Positions 1 through 9,758 of a stretch of DNA of 41,855 bases are shown one piece after another (within the stretch, counting starts at the first letter, position 1; each line of letters begins with the position of its first letter). The notes beneath the pieces are model-generated. The model saw only the letters and a program-made list of their open reading frames with translations. It ran no database searches and was not told the origin of the DNA. Both the position numbers and the translations under genes were made by a program. Source of the DNA: a virus; the IMG/VR virus record IMGVR_UViG_3300044569_000072, positions 1 through 41,855 of that record; one strand, 5' to 3'.

Positions 1-106
1 ACTCAGAGTCGATGAGCATCCACTCGGTGTAGAGGTCGTCTCCGACTCCGTTGCTGGTGGGCACGAAGTAGAGCTTGCCGACCTGGCCCTCCACGGTGGG
101 CTCGCC
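1..106. repeat. Terminal direct repeat copy 1 (1-106 identical to 41750-41855)
   Basis: Read directly: both window ends carry the same 106 nt (actcagagtcgatgagcatccactcgg...cacggtgggctcgcc). The spacing gives a 41749-bp unit. Confidence 0.95.
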
Positions 107-598
107 GGAGGTCGGGTCGTACTGGCCGTCGGTGAGCTTGACCACCTGCAGGCCCTGCGCCGCCGCGTTGTTCAGGGCCTGGTCGCCGTTGTTCTTGGCC
201 TGGTCGCTCGCGCGCCCCGCCTCCGCCGTCTGGCGCGCGGACTCGGCGGACTGACGGTCGGTCTCCGTCTGCGCGCGCTCCCGCTCGGCGGCCTCGCGCG
301 CGGCCTCGGCGGTGGCGCGCAGGGCCTCGGCGGAGCGCACGCTCTCGTCCGTAGCCTTGACCGCCGCCGTGAGCGCGTCCACAATCTGCCGCTGCCCGTC
401 GTTGATCGCCGACACGACCGACTCGACCATGTCCTCGTAGGTGGCCATGCGCTTGACGAGGCCCGCGGCGAAGCACATGTAGAGGGTCCTGCCGTCCCGC
501 GCGCCGGGGTCGCCGTCCTGCACCACGGCCCACTCCCCCGGCAGCATGCGAGACGGGTCGAACTTGCCGAACTTGCCGCGTCGCATCTGAATCGCCAT
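1..598 (-). CDS. Tail fibre, 5' part of the gene (constant N-terminal region). The frame runs off nt 1 and continues in frame at 41749.
   Basis: The ATG at 598-596 overlaps the TAA of the upstream gene (TAATG). Translation: MAIQMRRGKFGKFDPSRMLPGEWAVVQDGD..., then an Ala/Glu/Arg-rich coiled stalk, then ...TVEGQVGKLYFVPTSNGVGDDLYTEWMLIDSE. The MxIQxxRG-type start is typical of phage fibres. Absent from the ORF track because there is no stop inside the window. Confidence 0.8.
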   Translation of the reverse strand, partial: MAIQMRRGKFGKFDPSRMLPGEWAVVQDGDPGARDGRTLYMCFAAGLVKRMATYEDMVESVVSAINDGQRQIVDALTAAVKATDESVRSAEALRATAEAAREAAERERAQTETDRQSAESARQTAEAGRASDQAKNNGDQALNNAAAQGLQVVKLTDGQYDPTSGEPTVEGQVGKLYFVPTSNGVGDDLYTEWMLIDSE

Positions 599-2898
599 TA
601 GTTACGACCCTTCTCAAGTTCTGCGACACGGGCTTCTAGATCCAGTACGCGTTCGTCCATTTCTTGTAGGGCCTTAGACAAAATCGGAATGATTGCTGTT
701 TCATCTATCTGCATCCTTCCGCCATCATTCATGTCGCCTGCTACAAAAGCAAACGCTGGATTTATTTCCTTAACTTCTTGGGCGATATATCCGCATTCGA
801 TAGACTGACCGTTAAGGATTCTCCCTTTATCATCTTTTTTATTTTTAAATTTAAAAGAGCGATGTTGTATTTTTCTTATGATTTCAGTCGCGTTAGTATG
901 TGAATTATGAATATTCTCTTTGTCTCGTCTGTCCGATGTCCAACCAGTAATTGCATAAGTTCCAAGATGCGTATCTATTTTAAGATACATTTTAAGTGTA
1001 TCGCTATCCATATCAAATGAATAGCCATTGGTGTTAGGAGACATAATAGCATAGGCGCCACGTTTATTTGTATCGCGTGGTGAAAACATAATAGGAGCCT
1101 GCAATTTGGGTAATGCGTTTGTTTCTTTTTGCTTATAGCCAATAAATAAAAAACCAGGTTCATTTTGATATAAGACATTGTTAGCACCTGATTGAACTCT
1201 AAAGCCAAATGAATCCATCGAAACGCCGTAGCCTACTGCAGGATCTGTCATAGTTACGCCGTAGTTAGAAAATAATATTTCACTTGTCGGAGATGGCTTT
1301 AAAGAAATATTAACTCCTTTTATTTCTCCACCGTTTATCATATTTGCATTTATGGTTCCAGCATTTATATAATCAGCATTTATCCCGACGGCATATATCC
1401 TGCTGAGTAGCGCATCTCCGGTCGCGCTCAGCGCGGTCGCATAAGTCTTCCCGCCGTCCGTGGACACGCCCATCGCGTCGGAGGTCGCCTTCCAGACTAT
1501 CTTGGATGCGTCAAGGGTCGGCTTGTCGTGCATGTAATAGATATACGAACCGTCTGACTGGCTCTGTTTGGTGGAGAAAAGGCCCGATGACTGAGAGAGC
1601 TGCTCGTTGAGCGCGTCCATAGCGAGCTGACGGGCGTTGCGCTCGCGGACGACCTCGTTTCGCGCCCTCACTATGGCGCTGGTGCGAGCGCTCGCCGACG
1701 ATGCCGAGTTCCTGCTCGCGCTCTCAGCCGAGCACGTCATTGACATGGAGCCCGTGGCGCTGAGCCGCACCGTGGTCGCCCACGCGCGGTACGAGTTCGA
1801 CTTGGCGTCCGTCACGAGAACGGGGTCGCCCGGCTCGACGGCGGGGTCGCACGTGGCGGTCACCGACAGCGGACGAAACCTCATGCCCACCACGCGAGCG
1901 CCTATGCGAGACGCCGCCTCCGCCGCGTGCCCGTACTGGACGAGCGGGTTGTCCGACACGTCGAGCACGTAGCCCTCCGAGCCGAACAGCACGACCTCGC
2001 CGTCCGCGCCCCTGCTGCCGTCTGCGGTGACCTCACCCTGCGCCGTCACGCGAATGCCCGTGACGACCACGTCGTCGGTGTTGACCGCGAGTTGCGAGAC
2101 GGCCCACACGTGCGCGACGCCCGCGGCGGTCTCGAAGCTCCCCCCGTCGGCCACCGACCCGGTGGAGTAGTCGTCGAGCGTGCCGCCGTCTGCGGAGTCG
2201 CCGGACGCGTACGGCGTGGAGTCGTCGAGCGACTGCCCGTCGAGCCACGCCTCTCCCTCGTAGGCGGACGTTTCGTACCACCTCACGACCACGCGGCCCC
2301 ACTCGTCGGCGCGCACAAAGCAGCCCATCGCCTGCGCGGCGTAGGCGACCACGTCGAGGCACGTGTGGTCGCCGTCCGGGCGTGACTCCACCACGGGGGG
2401 GGCGGAGCCGTCGAGCTCTTGCAGCGTCAGGCCGCAGGCCTCGCACGCCTCGCGCACGATGCGCTCCAGCGTGGCCGGGTACGTGGTCGTGACCTCCGCG
2501 TACGGACGCTCGAGCAGCGAGAGCCCGTCGAGCGCCGTGAGCGCGATGGTGCCCGCGTACGCGTCGGGCTGGTCCACGAGGTAGGTTCCCATTCGCAGCC
2601 ACTCGGTGGTGCCGTCGGCGAGCGTCGCGCCCATGTAGGCGATTACCTCCGCCCCGGTGAAGTCGTACTCGTCGAACCTGCCGTCGTGGTTGTTGAGCGT
2701 CAGGTCGAGCTTGCCGATCACCGCGGCGCCCACGTCGAACGAGCCGTCAGACGAGGTGGAGCCCTCTGCGCTCATGGACACGAGGTCGTCGCCCGAGAGC
2801 TGCCTCACGGACCCGTTGGCGAGCGTCAGCGTCGCCCTTGCGAGCATGGTGGAGTTCTGCGCGAGTCTCCTTCTGAATGCGTCGCTCGTGGCCCTCAT
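598..2898 (-). CDS. Tail-associated protein (Tal / minor structural protein) with a C-terminal Peptidase_S74 intramolecular-chaperone domain
   Basis: 766-aa ORF directly after the Dit-like gene. The C-terminus reads TSDRRDKENIHNS...ECGYIAQEVKEINP...IPILSKALQEMDERVLDLEARVAELEK, matching the SDxRxKxNI autoproteolytic chaperone signature. The 3' third is visibly AT-rich. Confidence 0.8.
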   Translation of the reverse strand: MRATSDAFRRRLAQNSTMLARATLTLANGSVRQLSGDDLVSMSAEGSTSSDGSFDVGAAVIGKLDLTLNNHDGRFDEYDFTGAEVIAYMGATLADGTTEWLRMGTYLVDQPDAYAGTIALTALDGLSLLERPYAEVTTTYPATLERIVREACEACGLTLQELDGSAPPVVESRPDGDHTCLDVVAYAAQAMGCFVRADEWGRVVVRWYETSAYEGEAWLDGQSLDDSTPYASGDSADGGTLDDYSTGSVADGGSFETAAGVAHVWAVSQLAVNTDDVVVTGIRVTAQGEVTADGSRGADGEVVLFGSEGYVLDVSDNPLVQYGHAAEAASRIGARVVGMRFRPLSVTATCDPAVEPGDPVLVTDAKSNSYRAWATTVRLSATGSMSMTCSAESASRNSASSASARTSAIVRARNEVVRERNARQLAMDALNEQLSQSSGLFSTKQSQSDGSYIYYMHDKPTLDASKIVWKATSDAMGVSTDGGKTYATALSATGDALLSRIYAVGINADYINAGTINANMINGGEIKGVNISLKPSPTSEILFSNYGVTMTDPAVGYGVSMDSFGFRVQSGANNVLYQNEPGFLFIGYKQKETNALPKLQAPIMFSPRDTNKRGAYAIMSPNTNGYSFDMDSDTLKMYLKIDTHLGTYAITGWTSDRRDKENIHNSHTNATEIIRKIQHRSFKFKNKKDDKGRILNGQSIECGYIAQEVKEINPAFAFVAGDMNDGGRMQIDETAIIPILSKALQEMDERVLDLEARVAELEKGRN

Positions 2899-2905
2899 GC
2901 GCAGC

Positions 2906-3277
2906 CTACCTCTCTATGATGTCGAACGACAGCTCGCTGTAGCGCGTGCCGTCAAGCGTCTCGAACCAGCGCATGGGGGCGCTGCGGTCGCCCACGTAGA
3001 ACTCTCGCGTCTCCATGCGGGCGTCCATGGCGTCCCAGTAGCGCGCCGTGAAGTACTCGGGGTTCACCGCTCTGAGGATGCGGCCCGTGGACGCCGCGTC
3101 GGGATTCCGCCACGCGAGGGAGAGCTTGCGCTTCTGCGCGAGGCGCTGCTTGTACATCCTCGCGTCGGCGTCCATGGAGCGGCCCGCGTCGTCGGCGGAC
3201 ACGTCCATGAGGCCCCAGTCGAGCTTGTACGGGTTCGGGGACATCTCCACCCCGTCTATGGCTATGACAGCGGACAA
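2906..3277 (-). CDS. Distal tail protein (Dit)-like small tail component
   Basis: 123-aa ORF between the tape measure and Tal genes, with high GC3. The call rests on position. Confidence 0.5.
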   Translation of the reverse strand: MSAVIAIDGVEMSPNPYKLDWGLMDVSADDAGRSMDADARMYKQRLAQKRKLSLAWRNPDAASTGRILRAVNPEYFTARYWDAMDARMETREFYVGDRSAPMRWFETLDGTRYSELSFDIIER

Positions 3278-3286
3278 GCGAGCCCC

Positions 3287-6200
3287 CTATATCTCTAGCG
3301 TGACGCCGCGCCTGAGCAGTGACGCCCTTCCCTTTGCGACCTCGCGCGCCAGCTCCTCGTTGCCGACCCTCAGCACGATGGTGGCGTCGCCTCCCCCTGA
3401 GGCGGAGGGGCCCTGCGCGTTGACGATGCCGAGCGTGACGGCGGACGCAATGGCCCGCGCCACGGACCCATCGTCACCCGAGCCGCCCGTCGCGTCGTGC
3501 GGCTGCCCCGCCACGGGGGAGGCGGAGGGCCTCGCGTCGAGGGCGTATCCCGCGCTCACCCTCGCGGACAGCTCGACCGCGTCCATGGACGAGGAGACGC
3601 CGTCGCCGAACGCCCCTCCCGCCGCGCTCCCCGCCTTCGTGGCGGCGTCCACGACGTCGAAGGCGTTCTCGGCCATGGCCCGCGCCACGTTCGTCACGTC
3701 GCTCGCGTAGCCCTTGATTCCCTCCGCCACGCCGAGGTCGAAGTACTTGCCCGTCTCCATCATCAGGCGCGATGGCGAGTGGATGCGCAGGTAGCTGTTC
3801 ATGGCCTGCGCGGCGTTGCTCGCGATCGTACGGGCGTTGCTATAGATGGTGGACTGCACGCTCGTCATGCCGTTGTTAAAGCCCCACGCGAAGTTCGAAC
3901 CAGCGGAGTACGCCCCCCAGTAGTTCGATCCCGCGCCGCTCTGGGCCTGCTGGGCCGCCGACGAGCCAGCGGAGTACGCTCCGCCGGACGCCTCTCGGAG
4001 CCCGTCCGTGAACCCGCCCATCTCGTTGCGGCCCGCGCTGTTCGCGCCCCAGTGGTTGCTGCCGAGCCCGTCCTGCGCGTACCTGGCTGCGTTCTGCCCC
4101 TCGGTGCGCGCGACGTTCGCGACCTCCCTGAGGCCGTCCGTGAAGCCACCCATCATGTTTCGGCCCGCGGACTTGGCCTCCGAGTACCCCTTGCCACCGT
4201 TGAGGGCGGTCACCACGGCGGCGCTCGTCTGCTCGGCGGGCCTCGTGGCGTCAGCGCTCGCCTCCGCGACGCCGTCGCCGAAGCCGCCCGCGAGGTTGCG
4301 GCCCGCGTCCTTGGCCTCGCCGTAGTGGCTCCCGAACCTCTGCACGGTGGCCTCGTCCACGTCGGACGCCGCCTGCTCCACGTCCCCGCCGCCCTCGGTG
4401 ACGGCCCCCTCGACGCTGTCCATGGTCTCGCCCGTGGCCGTCGCCGCGTCGCCCTGCGACGAGCGGATGCCCTCGGCCACGGACGGGTCGAGCGTCGCGC
4501 CGGACTGCTCGGCCAGCTCCTTGAGCTCCTCCAGCTTCTGGCCGGTGGGGTCGTTTATCGCCTCGTGGACGGCCTCGGCCATCTTCTCCGGGCCAGCCGA
4601 GAGCAGCCCCTGGATGAGCGCGTTGTTCGAGTCCATGCCCGTCCGCTCCATGAGCGACTGCATGTCGTCGGACCACTGCCGCTGCGTGGCGATGTTGCTG
4701 CGCAGGTTCTCGGCGAGGGTGTCGAACGTTATCTGCTGCGAGGTGTCTATCTTGTCGAACCCGTTGATGGTGGAGTCCACGAACGACTCCTGCGCCTGCT
4801 TCACCTCGTCGAAGGTCTGGCCGGTGTCCTCGAGGTGCTGCGCGTACTGCTCGATGGAGACCCCGGACGTCGCGAGCGCGTCGGCTAGGTTGTCGTGGCT
4901 CCGCTCGTACTCGTTGATCGAATCCACGTTGTCCTGGACGCGCTGCTGCTCCTCGGTGAGGACCTGGTTGGCCTCCTCCGTGGTGTCCGTCACGTCGCCG
5001 GTGGCGTCGTTCAGCCCGAGCAGCCCGCCGATGAAGCCTCCCACCGCGTCTATGACGGGCTGTATGGCCTGCATGATGAGGCCCAGCGCCAGTGCCATGG
5101 CCATGCCGGGGAACGCGGCCACCACCGCGTTCAGGAGGCCCTGCGCGACCGTGAGTGCCCCGGACGCTATAGTCATTGCACCCTCGGTCGCCGTTGCAGC
5201 CACCTTCTTTACGGTGGAGCCTGCGACGGCCTTGCCAGCTTGCGCCTCTGCTATCGCAAGCTGAGCCTTGACCCCGATAGACTTTTCGTCCTGCGCGGCG
5301 TACTCCTGTGTCGCGAGCTTCGCCTGCGCGAGGCTGAGCTTGTTGTTCGCCAGCTCACTGTTGGCCTCAGCGATTTTGACCTTTTGGTTCTGCTGCGAGA
5401 CGGAGAGCCTGTCGCTCCAGCTAGTGGAGTCCTTGAGCTTATTGCTTACGCGTTCCAGTGCGTCCTGCTCGGTCTGGAGCTTCGAGGCCGCGTCCTTCGA
5501 CGCCGCACCCGCTGACACCACGGCGGACTCGGCCTTCTTGTGCGCAAGCTCGTTCAGCGTGGCTTTCTTGGAGGTCCCGTCGTGAACGTCCCCGAGCGCC
5601 CTGACCTTGTCGACGGCGTCATGCACTGCGGAGTTGCTATCGTAGATGTGGCTCATGAGCGTCTTCACGGCGCTGCCGAGGTTGTCCGCCCCGGCCTTGG
5701 CGTTCGCCATGCCGCCGGTCAGACCTCCCGAGAGAGCCCCCGACAGGTCGTCGGACGCCCCCTTCGCAGGAAGCGCGGCCTTCTCTATCATCGCACCCAT
5801 CAGCGTAAAAGCGTTGCCGATGCCCGTAAGCGCCGCGTCGAGGCCCTTTCCGATGGCCCAGACGGTGAGCGCCGCGCCGAGCAGCCCCGCAGCCACGCGC
5901 GCGGCCTCGGAGTTGACGAGCACGCCGAGCAGCCACTGCACCGCGCCGCTGAGCGCCGTGAAGGCCCCGGCGGCAATGTCGAACGCCCGGTCCGCGACCG
6001 CCCTGGCGAGCGCGAGGACGAGCGCCGCGCCGGTGCCCGCCGCCTGGCCGAGGTCGTTGATGGCCCCGGTGTTCTGGATGAACCACGTCTGCCAGCTCGA
6101 CAGGACGTCTATGCAGACCCTGATGGCCCCGCGCAGCTTATCGCCCACCCACGAGACGAGCGGCACCACGGCGCGGTCGGTGAACCCCTTGACGCCGCTC

Positions 6201-8326
6201 GCCGCCGCGCTCGCCATCGACGCGAGCGCGAGCATGCCCTGCGCCGCGAGGTCGAACCCCAGCGCGACCGTCTCGGGTATGTTCAGGGCCACCATCATCG
6301 GGCCCACGACCTCCACCACGCCGCGCGCCACGTTCGACACGAGGTTCAGGAAGGCCATGAACGCGTTCTCGGCGGCCCCGGCTATGTCCAGCCCCTCGAA
6401 CTGGCTCGCGATGGCCGCTATGACGGGCTTGACCGCGTCCACGAGCGGCTTGAAGGCGTCGCCCGCGCGCTTCACCATGTCCATGATGGCGTTGTAGAGG
6501 TCGTCGGAGATGGAGCTGGCGTCACCGAGGAAGTCGTAGGTCTGGAGGGGCATGTCGGACGCGCTGCCGCCGCCACCGCCGCCATTGCCCTTGCCACCCT
6601 TGCCGCCATTGCCGCCGGAGCCGCCCCCTCCACCACTGGGGGACGCCTGGGCGCTCATGACGTTCAGCTCGTCGAAGCCCATGACCTGGCGCTTCAGCTC
6701 CTTGACGCTGTCGGCGGCTCCGTCGGCGGAGTCCCCCACGCCGTCGTAGGCGTCGGCGAGGTCGTCAGCGGCGGCGGTGTCGTCGTCGGAGCCGAAGTCT
6801 CCCGTGTCGCCGCCCCCGCCGTACTCGACCGACGCTATCTGCGTGCCGCCCGTGAGGTCCGCGATCATGTTCGCGAGCGTGGCCACGACGCGCGCCGCCG
6901 CGATGGCGACCGGCAGTATCGCCTTTATCATCGGCAGGAAGATGTTGCCTATCGAGCGGGCGGCGCTCGTGAGCGAGCCCTGCAGCACGCGCAGCATGTT
7001 CGACGGGGACTCGAGGGTGCGCGCCATGTCGCCCTGGGCCCAGCTGACCTGGCTCATGATGGCGTGGTAGCGCAGCATGGCCTTCTCGTCCTGGGTCATC
7101 TCCGAGACCTTCTTGGTGATCCCCATCGAGAAGGCGTCCTGCTGCAGGCGTGCCACCGACAGGTCGTAGCCGAGGGCTCGCAGCGGCTCGAGCTCGCCGG
7201 CCATGCCCGCGCGAATCTTCTCGAAGGCGTCCTGGTCGGAGATGTTGTAGAAGCTCGCGAGGTCGTAGCCGAGCTGCGTCAGGTTCTGCGACATGGTCGC
7301 GGCGCTGTCGGAGGCGACGCCCATGCCCTTTGTCATGGTGGCGAGCGTGCCCTGGTTCCTGAGCCACTCCTGGATGTTGACGCCCGTAATGGACGAGACC
7401 TGCTCGGCGTACTGCTGCGCGCTGCTCGCGTACTCGCCCAGCGAGACGTTGAACAGGTTCATGTCCTCGATGTACTTGTTTGATGCGTCCACGCAGGTCG
7501 CGATGGCGTTCGAGAGCCCCTTGAAGGCCATGGCGACGATAGTCACGTTCCTGATGTCGTACGCCATGGACTTGAGGTGGCCGCGCAGGGTGTCGGCCTC
7601 GTCGGACGCCGAGCGCATCCAGCCGCCGCCCGACCCGGTCATGGTGCCACCGGCCTGCCTGGACGCGGCGGCTATCGACTTGTAGGCGCTCGTGACGCCG
7701 TTGGCGCTCGAGGGCATGGAGCCGAGCGCGGAGGACAGCTCGCGCGCCTTGGTCGCGAGGCCGCCCATGTCCACCGAGTCCAGCGACTCGATGGCCCTCG
7801 GCAGCTTGAGCATGGCGTTGACGGTTGAGGACAGCGCGTTCTTGGGGACGTTCGAGAGCGACGTGAGCGCCGTGGAAAGCTCGCGGAACTTGCCCACGTC
7901 CACCGTGACGCCGCCCATCCCCTGCAGGGCCTTGGTGATGGACGTTATCTGCCTGCCGACGCTCGACGAGACCTTCTTCCCGTCGAGGGACGACACCGCC
8001 GCCGCGACCTGCATGAGCGGCGCGGCGGAGGGCACGGACCCCATGGACGCCGCGATGGCTGAGACCTGCTTGGCTATGTTGGGCGAGACCTTCTTGCCGT
8101 CCAGCGCCGTGAGCGCCGCGGACACCTCTCGCATGGTCGAGACGGCCCCGCCCGCCCCGGAGAGGGTGGAGAGGGCCTGCGCGAGCGTCGTCACGCCCGG
8201 TGCGGCGGAGCGGGCCGAGCGCCCCGCAGACGTCATGTCGTCAGCGAGGGCGCTCAGCTGGCCCCGGGCGTCGGACGCCTTGGCCTCTATCGATATGCGG
8301 AGCTCGTCTATCGTGGCTTCCGACAT
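3287..8326 (-). CDS. Tape measure protein
   Basis: About 1680 aa, Ala/Gly-rich with hydrophobic segments, a Gly run and repeated GxxYxEAKxAGRNxxGGFxDG motifs. Sits between the chaperones and Dit. Preferred start is the ATG at 8326, preceded by GAAGGGGG; the ORF track start is 8356. Confidence 0.9.
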   Translation of the reverse strand: MSEATIDELRISIEAKASDARGQLSALADDMTSAGRSARSAAPGVTTLAQALSTLSGAGGAVSTMREVSAALTALDGKKVSPNIAKQVSAIAASMGSVPSAAPLMQVAAAVSSLDGKKVSSSVGRQITSITKALQGMGGVTVDVGKFRELSTALTSLSNVPKNALSSTVNAMLKLPRAIESLDSVDMGGLATKARELSSALGSMPSSANGVTSAYKSIAAASRQAGGTMTGSGGGWMRSASDEADTLRGHLKSMAYDIRNVTIVAMAFKGLSNAIATCVDASNKYIEDMNLFNVSLGEYASSAQQYAEQVSSITGVNIQEWLRNQGTLATMTKGMGVASDSAATMSQNLTQLGYDLASFYNISDQDAFEKIRAGMAGELEPLRALGYDLSVARLQQDAFSMGITKKVSEMTQDEKAMLRYHAIMSQVSWAQGDMARTLESPSNMLRVLQGSLTSAARSIGNIFLPMIKAILPVAIAAARVVATLANMIADLTGGTQIASVEYGGGGDTGDFGSDDDTAAADDLADAYDGVGDSADGAADSVKELKRQVMGFDELNVMSAQASPSGGGGGSGGNGGKGGKGNGGGGGGSASDMPLQTYDFLGDASSISDDLYNAIMDMVKRAGDAFKPLVDAVKPVIAAIASQFEGLDIAGAAENAFMAFLNLVSNVARGVVEVVGPMMVALNIPETVALGFDLAAQGMLALASMASAAASGVKGFTDRAVVPLVSWVGDKLRGAIRVCIDVLSSWQTWFIQNTGAINDLGQAAGTGAALVLALARAVADRAFDIAAGAFTALSGAVQWLLGVLVNSEAARVAAGLLGAALTVWAIGKGLDAALTGIGNAFTLMGAMIEKAALPAKGASDDLSGALSGGLTGGMANAKAGADNLGSAVKTLMSHIYDSNSAVHDAVDKVRALGDVHDGTSKKATLNELAHKKAESAVVSAGAASKDAASKLQTEQDALERVSNKLKDSTSWSDRLSVSQQNQKVKIAEANSELANNKLSLAQAKLATQEYAAQDEKSIGVKAQLAIAEAQAGKAVAGSTVKKVAATATEGAMTIASGALTVAQGLLNAVVAAFPGMAMALALGLIMQAIQPVIDAVGGFIGGLLGLNDATGDVTDTTEEANQVLTEEQQRVQDNVDSINEYERSHDNLADALATSGVSIEQYAQHLEDTGQTFDEVKQAQESFVDSTINGFDKIDTSQQITFDTLAENLRSNIATQRQWSDDMQSLMERTGMDSNNALIQGLLSAGPEKMAEAVHEAINDPTGQKLEELKELAEQSGATLDPSVAEGIRSSQGDAATATGETMDSVEGAVTEGGGDVEQAASDVDEATVQRFGSHYGEAKDAGRNLAGGFGDGVAEASADATRPAEQTSAAVVTALNGGKGYSEAKSAGRNMMGGFTDGLREVANVARTEGQNAARYAQDGLGSNHWGANSAGRNEMGGFTDGLREASGGAYSAGSSAAQQAQSGAGSNYWGAYSAGSNFAWGFNNGMTSVQSTIYSNARTIASNAAQAMNSYLRIHSPSRLMMETGKYFDLGVAEGIKGYASDVTNVARAMAENAFDVVDAATKAGSAAGGAFGDGVSSSMDAVELSARVSAGYALDARPSASPVAGQPHDATGGSGDDGSVARAIASAVTLGIVNAQGPSASGGGDATIVLRVGNEELAREVAKGRASLLRRGVTLEI

Positions 8327-8379
8327 GCAAAACCCCCTTCTGGAAGGGGGGTGCAATCCCGCATGTCAGCTCGCGTCAG

Positions 8380-8682
8380 TCACTTCGAGGGGCCGTGGGA
8401 GAGCATCCACTCCCTCATGCGCTCGTGGGCCGCGCGCTCGCGCTCCTGCGGCGTCTCCTCGCGCTCCTGCTCTGGCAGGTCGTACGGTCTCTCGGGCCAC
8501 GACCTCGCCCGGTGGGACTTTGACATGGCGTTCAGGGCCGGGGCGGCGCGCAGCAGGGCATCGTAGACGTACATCCCCGCGAGCCACCTGTCCCAGCTCT
8601 CACGCTCCCCCGTGCGCCTCTGGGCCTCCCGGTACGCGGCGAACAGCCACGCGTCCCCGTCCCAGAACTGCTCGGGAGACAT
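8380..8682 (-). CDS. Tail assembly chaperone, downstream (T-like) reading frame
   Basis: 100-aa ORF between the chaperone G-like gene and the tape measure. Its frame is -1 relative to the G-like gene and stays open upstream to at least 8820, overlapping the G stop at 8772. Confidence 0.6.
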   Translation of the reverse strand: MSPEQFWDGDAWLFAAYREAQRRTGERESWDRWLAGMYVYDALLRAAPALNAMSKSHRARSWPERPYDLPEQEREETPQERERAAHERMREWMLSHGPSK

Positions 8683-8771
8683 GCCGAGCGCGATCGCAGT
8701 GGGCAGGGACCGGTCGTACAGGTACCCGTAGGGGCATGACCCGGCATACCCGTCCTCCCCCCTCGTGTCGG

Positions 8772-9200
8772 CTACACCAGCCGGAACTGCATCCGGCTCT
8801 TGGTAGGGTCCGTCGTGATGGCGAGCGTCGGCTGCATGTACAGGCCGATGAGGTACGCGATCGCGTGCTGCTTGTCGGGAAGGCGCTCCCAGATGCCGAT
8901 GACTTCGTCCAGCGTGGTGTCCGGCTGGTCGACCTTGAATGCTGGCAGGACGAAGCGGTCCAGCATGTCCTCGGCACCGGTGAGGGTTCCGTCGGACAGC
9001 ATCTCGGCGACCCTCTGGCTGGTGACGCCCTTGGCCTCCATCGACTTGATGAGGCGGCGCGTGTAGCGCAGCGTGTACTCGGTGCCGTCCTCGTCCTCGA
9101 TGACGATGTGGTCGTGCCCGCGCACCGACTCGACGATGCCCTGGGACTCGTCCTCGACGGGCTGCTTCTCCTCTGCTTCCTTGGTCTTCCTCGTTGTCAT
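8772..9200 (-). CDS. Tail assembly chaperone (G-like)
   Basis: Acidic 142-aa ORF directly after the major tail protein. The ATG at 9200 is preceded by GGGGAGGA; the ORF track start is 9227. Confidence 0.65.
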   Translation of the reverse strand: MTTRKTKEAEEKQPVEDESQGIVESVRGHDHIVIEDEDGTEYTLRYTRRLIKSMEAKGVTSQRVAEMLSDGTLTGAEDMLDRFVLPAFKVDQPDTTLDEVIGIWERLPDKQHAIAYLIGLYMQPTLAITTDPTKSRMQFRLV

Positions 9201-9258
9201 GTGGGGTCCTCCCCGCTCGGGTTCCATGTGAACTAATTGATATGATTAATTATGCGAC

Positions 9259-9744
9259 TTAGCTCTCGAGAGTATCGAGGAAGTCGGGGGCGGTCTGCAT
9301 CGAGAAGACGATGTTCATGCCGCGCGCTCCGTTGACCTCGCCGCTCGTCGGGTAGGCGGTGACGCCGCCCTGCCAGAACACGACGCCGTCATGGCCGTCG
9401 GGCACCTTGGAGCCGTCCTCGCCGAACATCACGGCCCACCACTCGTTCTCGCCCTTTGCCTCAAGGGCGCGCAGGTCCTTCAGGTCCTTTGCGGTGTAGT
9501 TGGACCCGAACTCGAAGGTGTCGAGCTGCTGGACCCCCTTGACGAATCGCTGGGCCTTGTCGGTGAGGGTCGTGACCTCCACCTGCTCGGGCGCGCCGCC
9601 GAAGTCGGGGTAGCTCGTGATGTCCACGACCTTCTCCGACGCCTTGATCTCGGCTGCGGTCGGGACGGCTCCCGCGACCGTGACGACGTGCATGAGGAAC
9701 GTGCTGATGGTGCTCGTAGGGTTCGCTGTGGCGGTTCCTGCCAT
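9259..9744 (-). CDS. Major tail protein
   Basis: 161-aa ORF in the conserved position between the neck genes and the chaperones, with high GC3. Confidence 0.65.
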   Translation of the reverse strand: MAGTATANPTSTISTFLMHVVTVAGAVPTAAEIKASEKVVDITSYPDFGGAPEQVEVTTLTDKAQRFVKGVQQLDTFEFGSNYTAKDLKDLRALEAKGENEWWAVMFGEDGSKVPDGHDGVVFWQGGVTAYPTSGEVNGARGMNIVFSMQTAPDFLDTLES

Positions 9745-9758
9745 GTCCTACTTCCCTT

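Noticed and set aside
1-106. The 106-bp terminal repeat considered as a biological direct terminal repeat or cos-type end
   Set aside because: It lies in the middle of the tail-fibre ORF, and joining the ends preserves the reading frame. An assembly overlap of a circular or permuted genome is the simpler explanation.
3-629. Long Arg/Gly/Pro-rich ORFs in the six-frame track. Examples are 3..629, 2033..2602, 3497..4888, 5540..7483, 7692..9236, 11097..12335, 12704..14602, 14881..16041, 26993..28813, 37465..39114 and 40897..41751.
   Set aside because: They overlap better-supported genes on the same or opposite strand. Their composition (runs of R, G, P and A) is typical of off-frame translation of high-GC DNA. 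Their third-position GC is poorer than that of the chosen frames.
3880-4340. Four repeats of about 130 bp (GxxYxEAKxAGRNxxGGFxDG) and a poly-Gly run (about 6560-6650) inside the tape measure gene
   Set aside because: Internal tandem motifs and low-complexity linkers are normal features of tape measure proteins. They are not a separate element.
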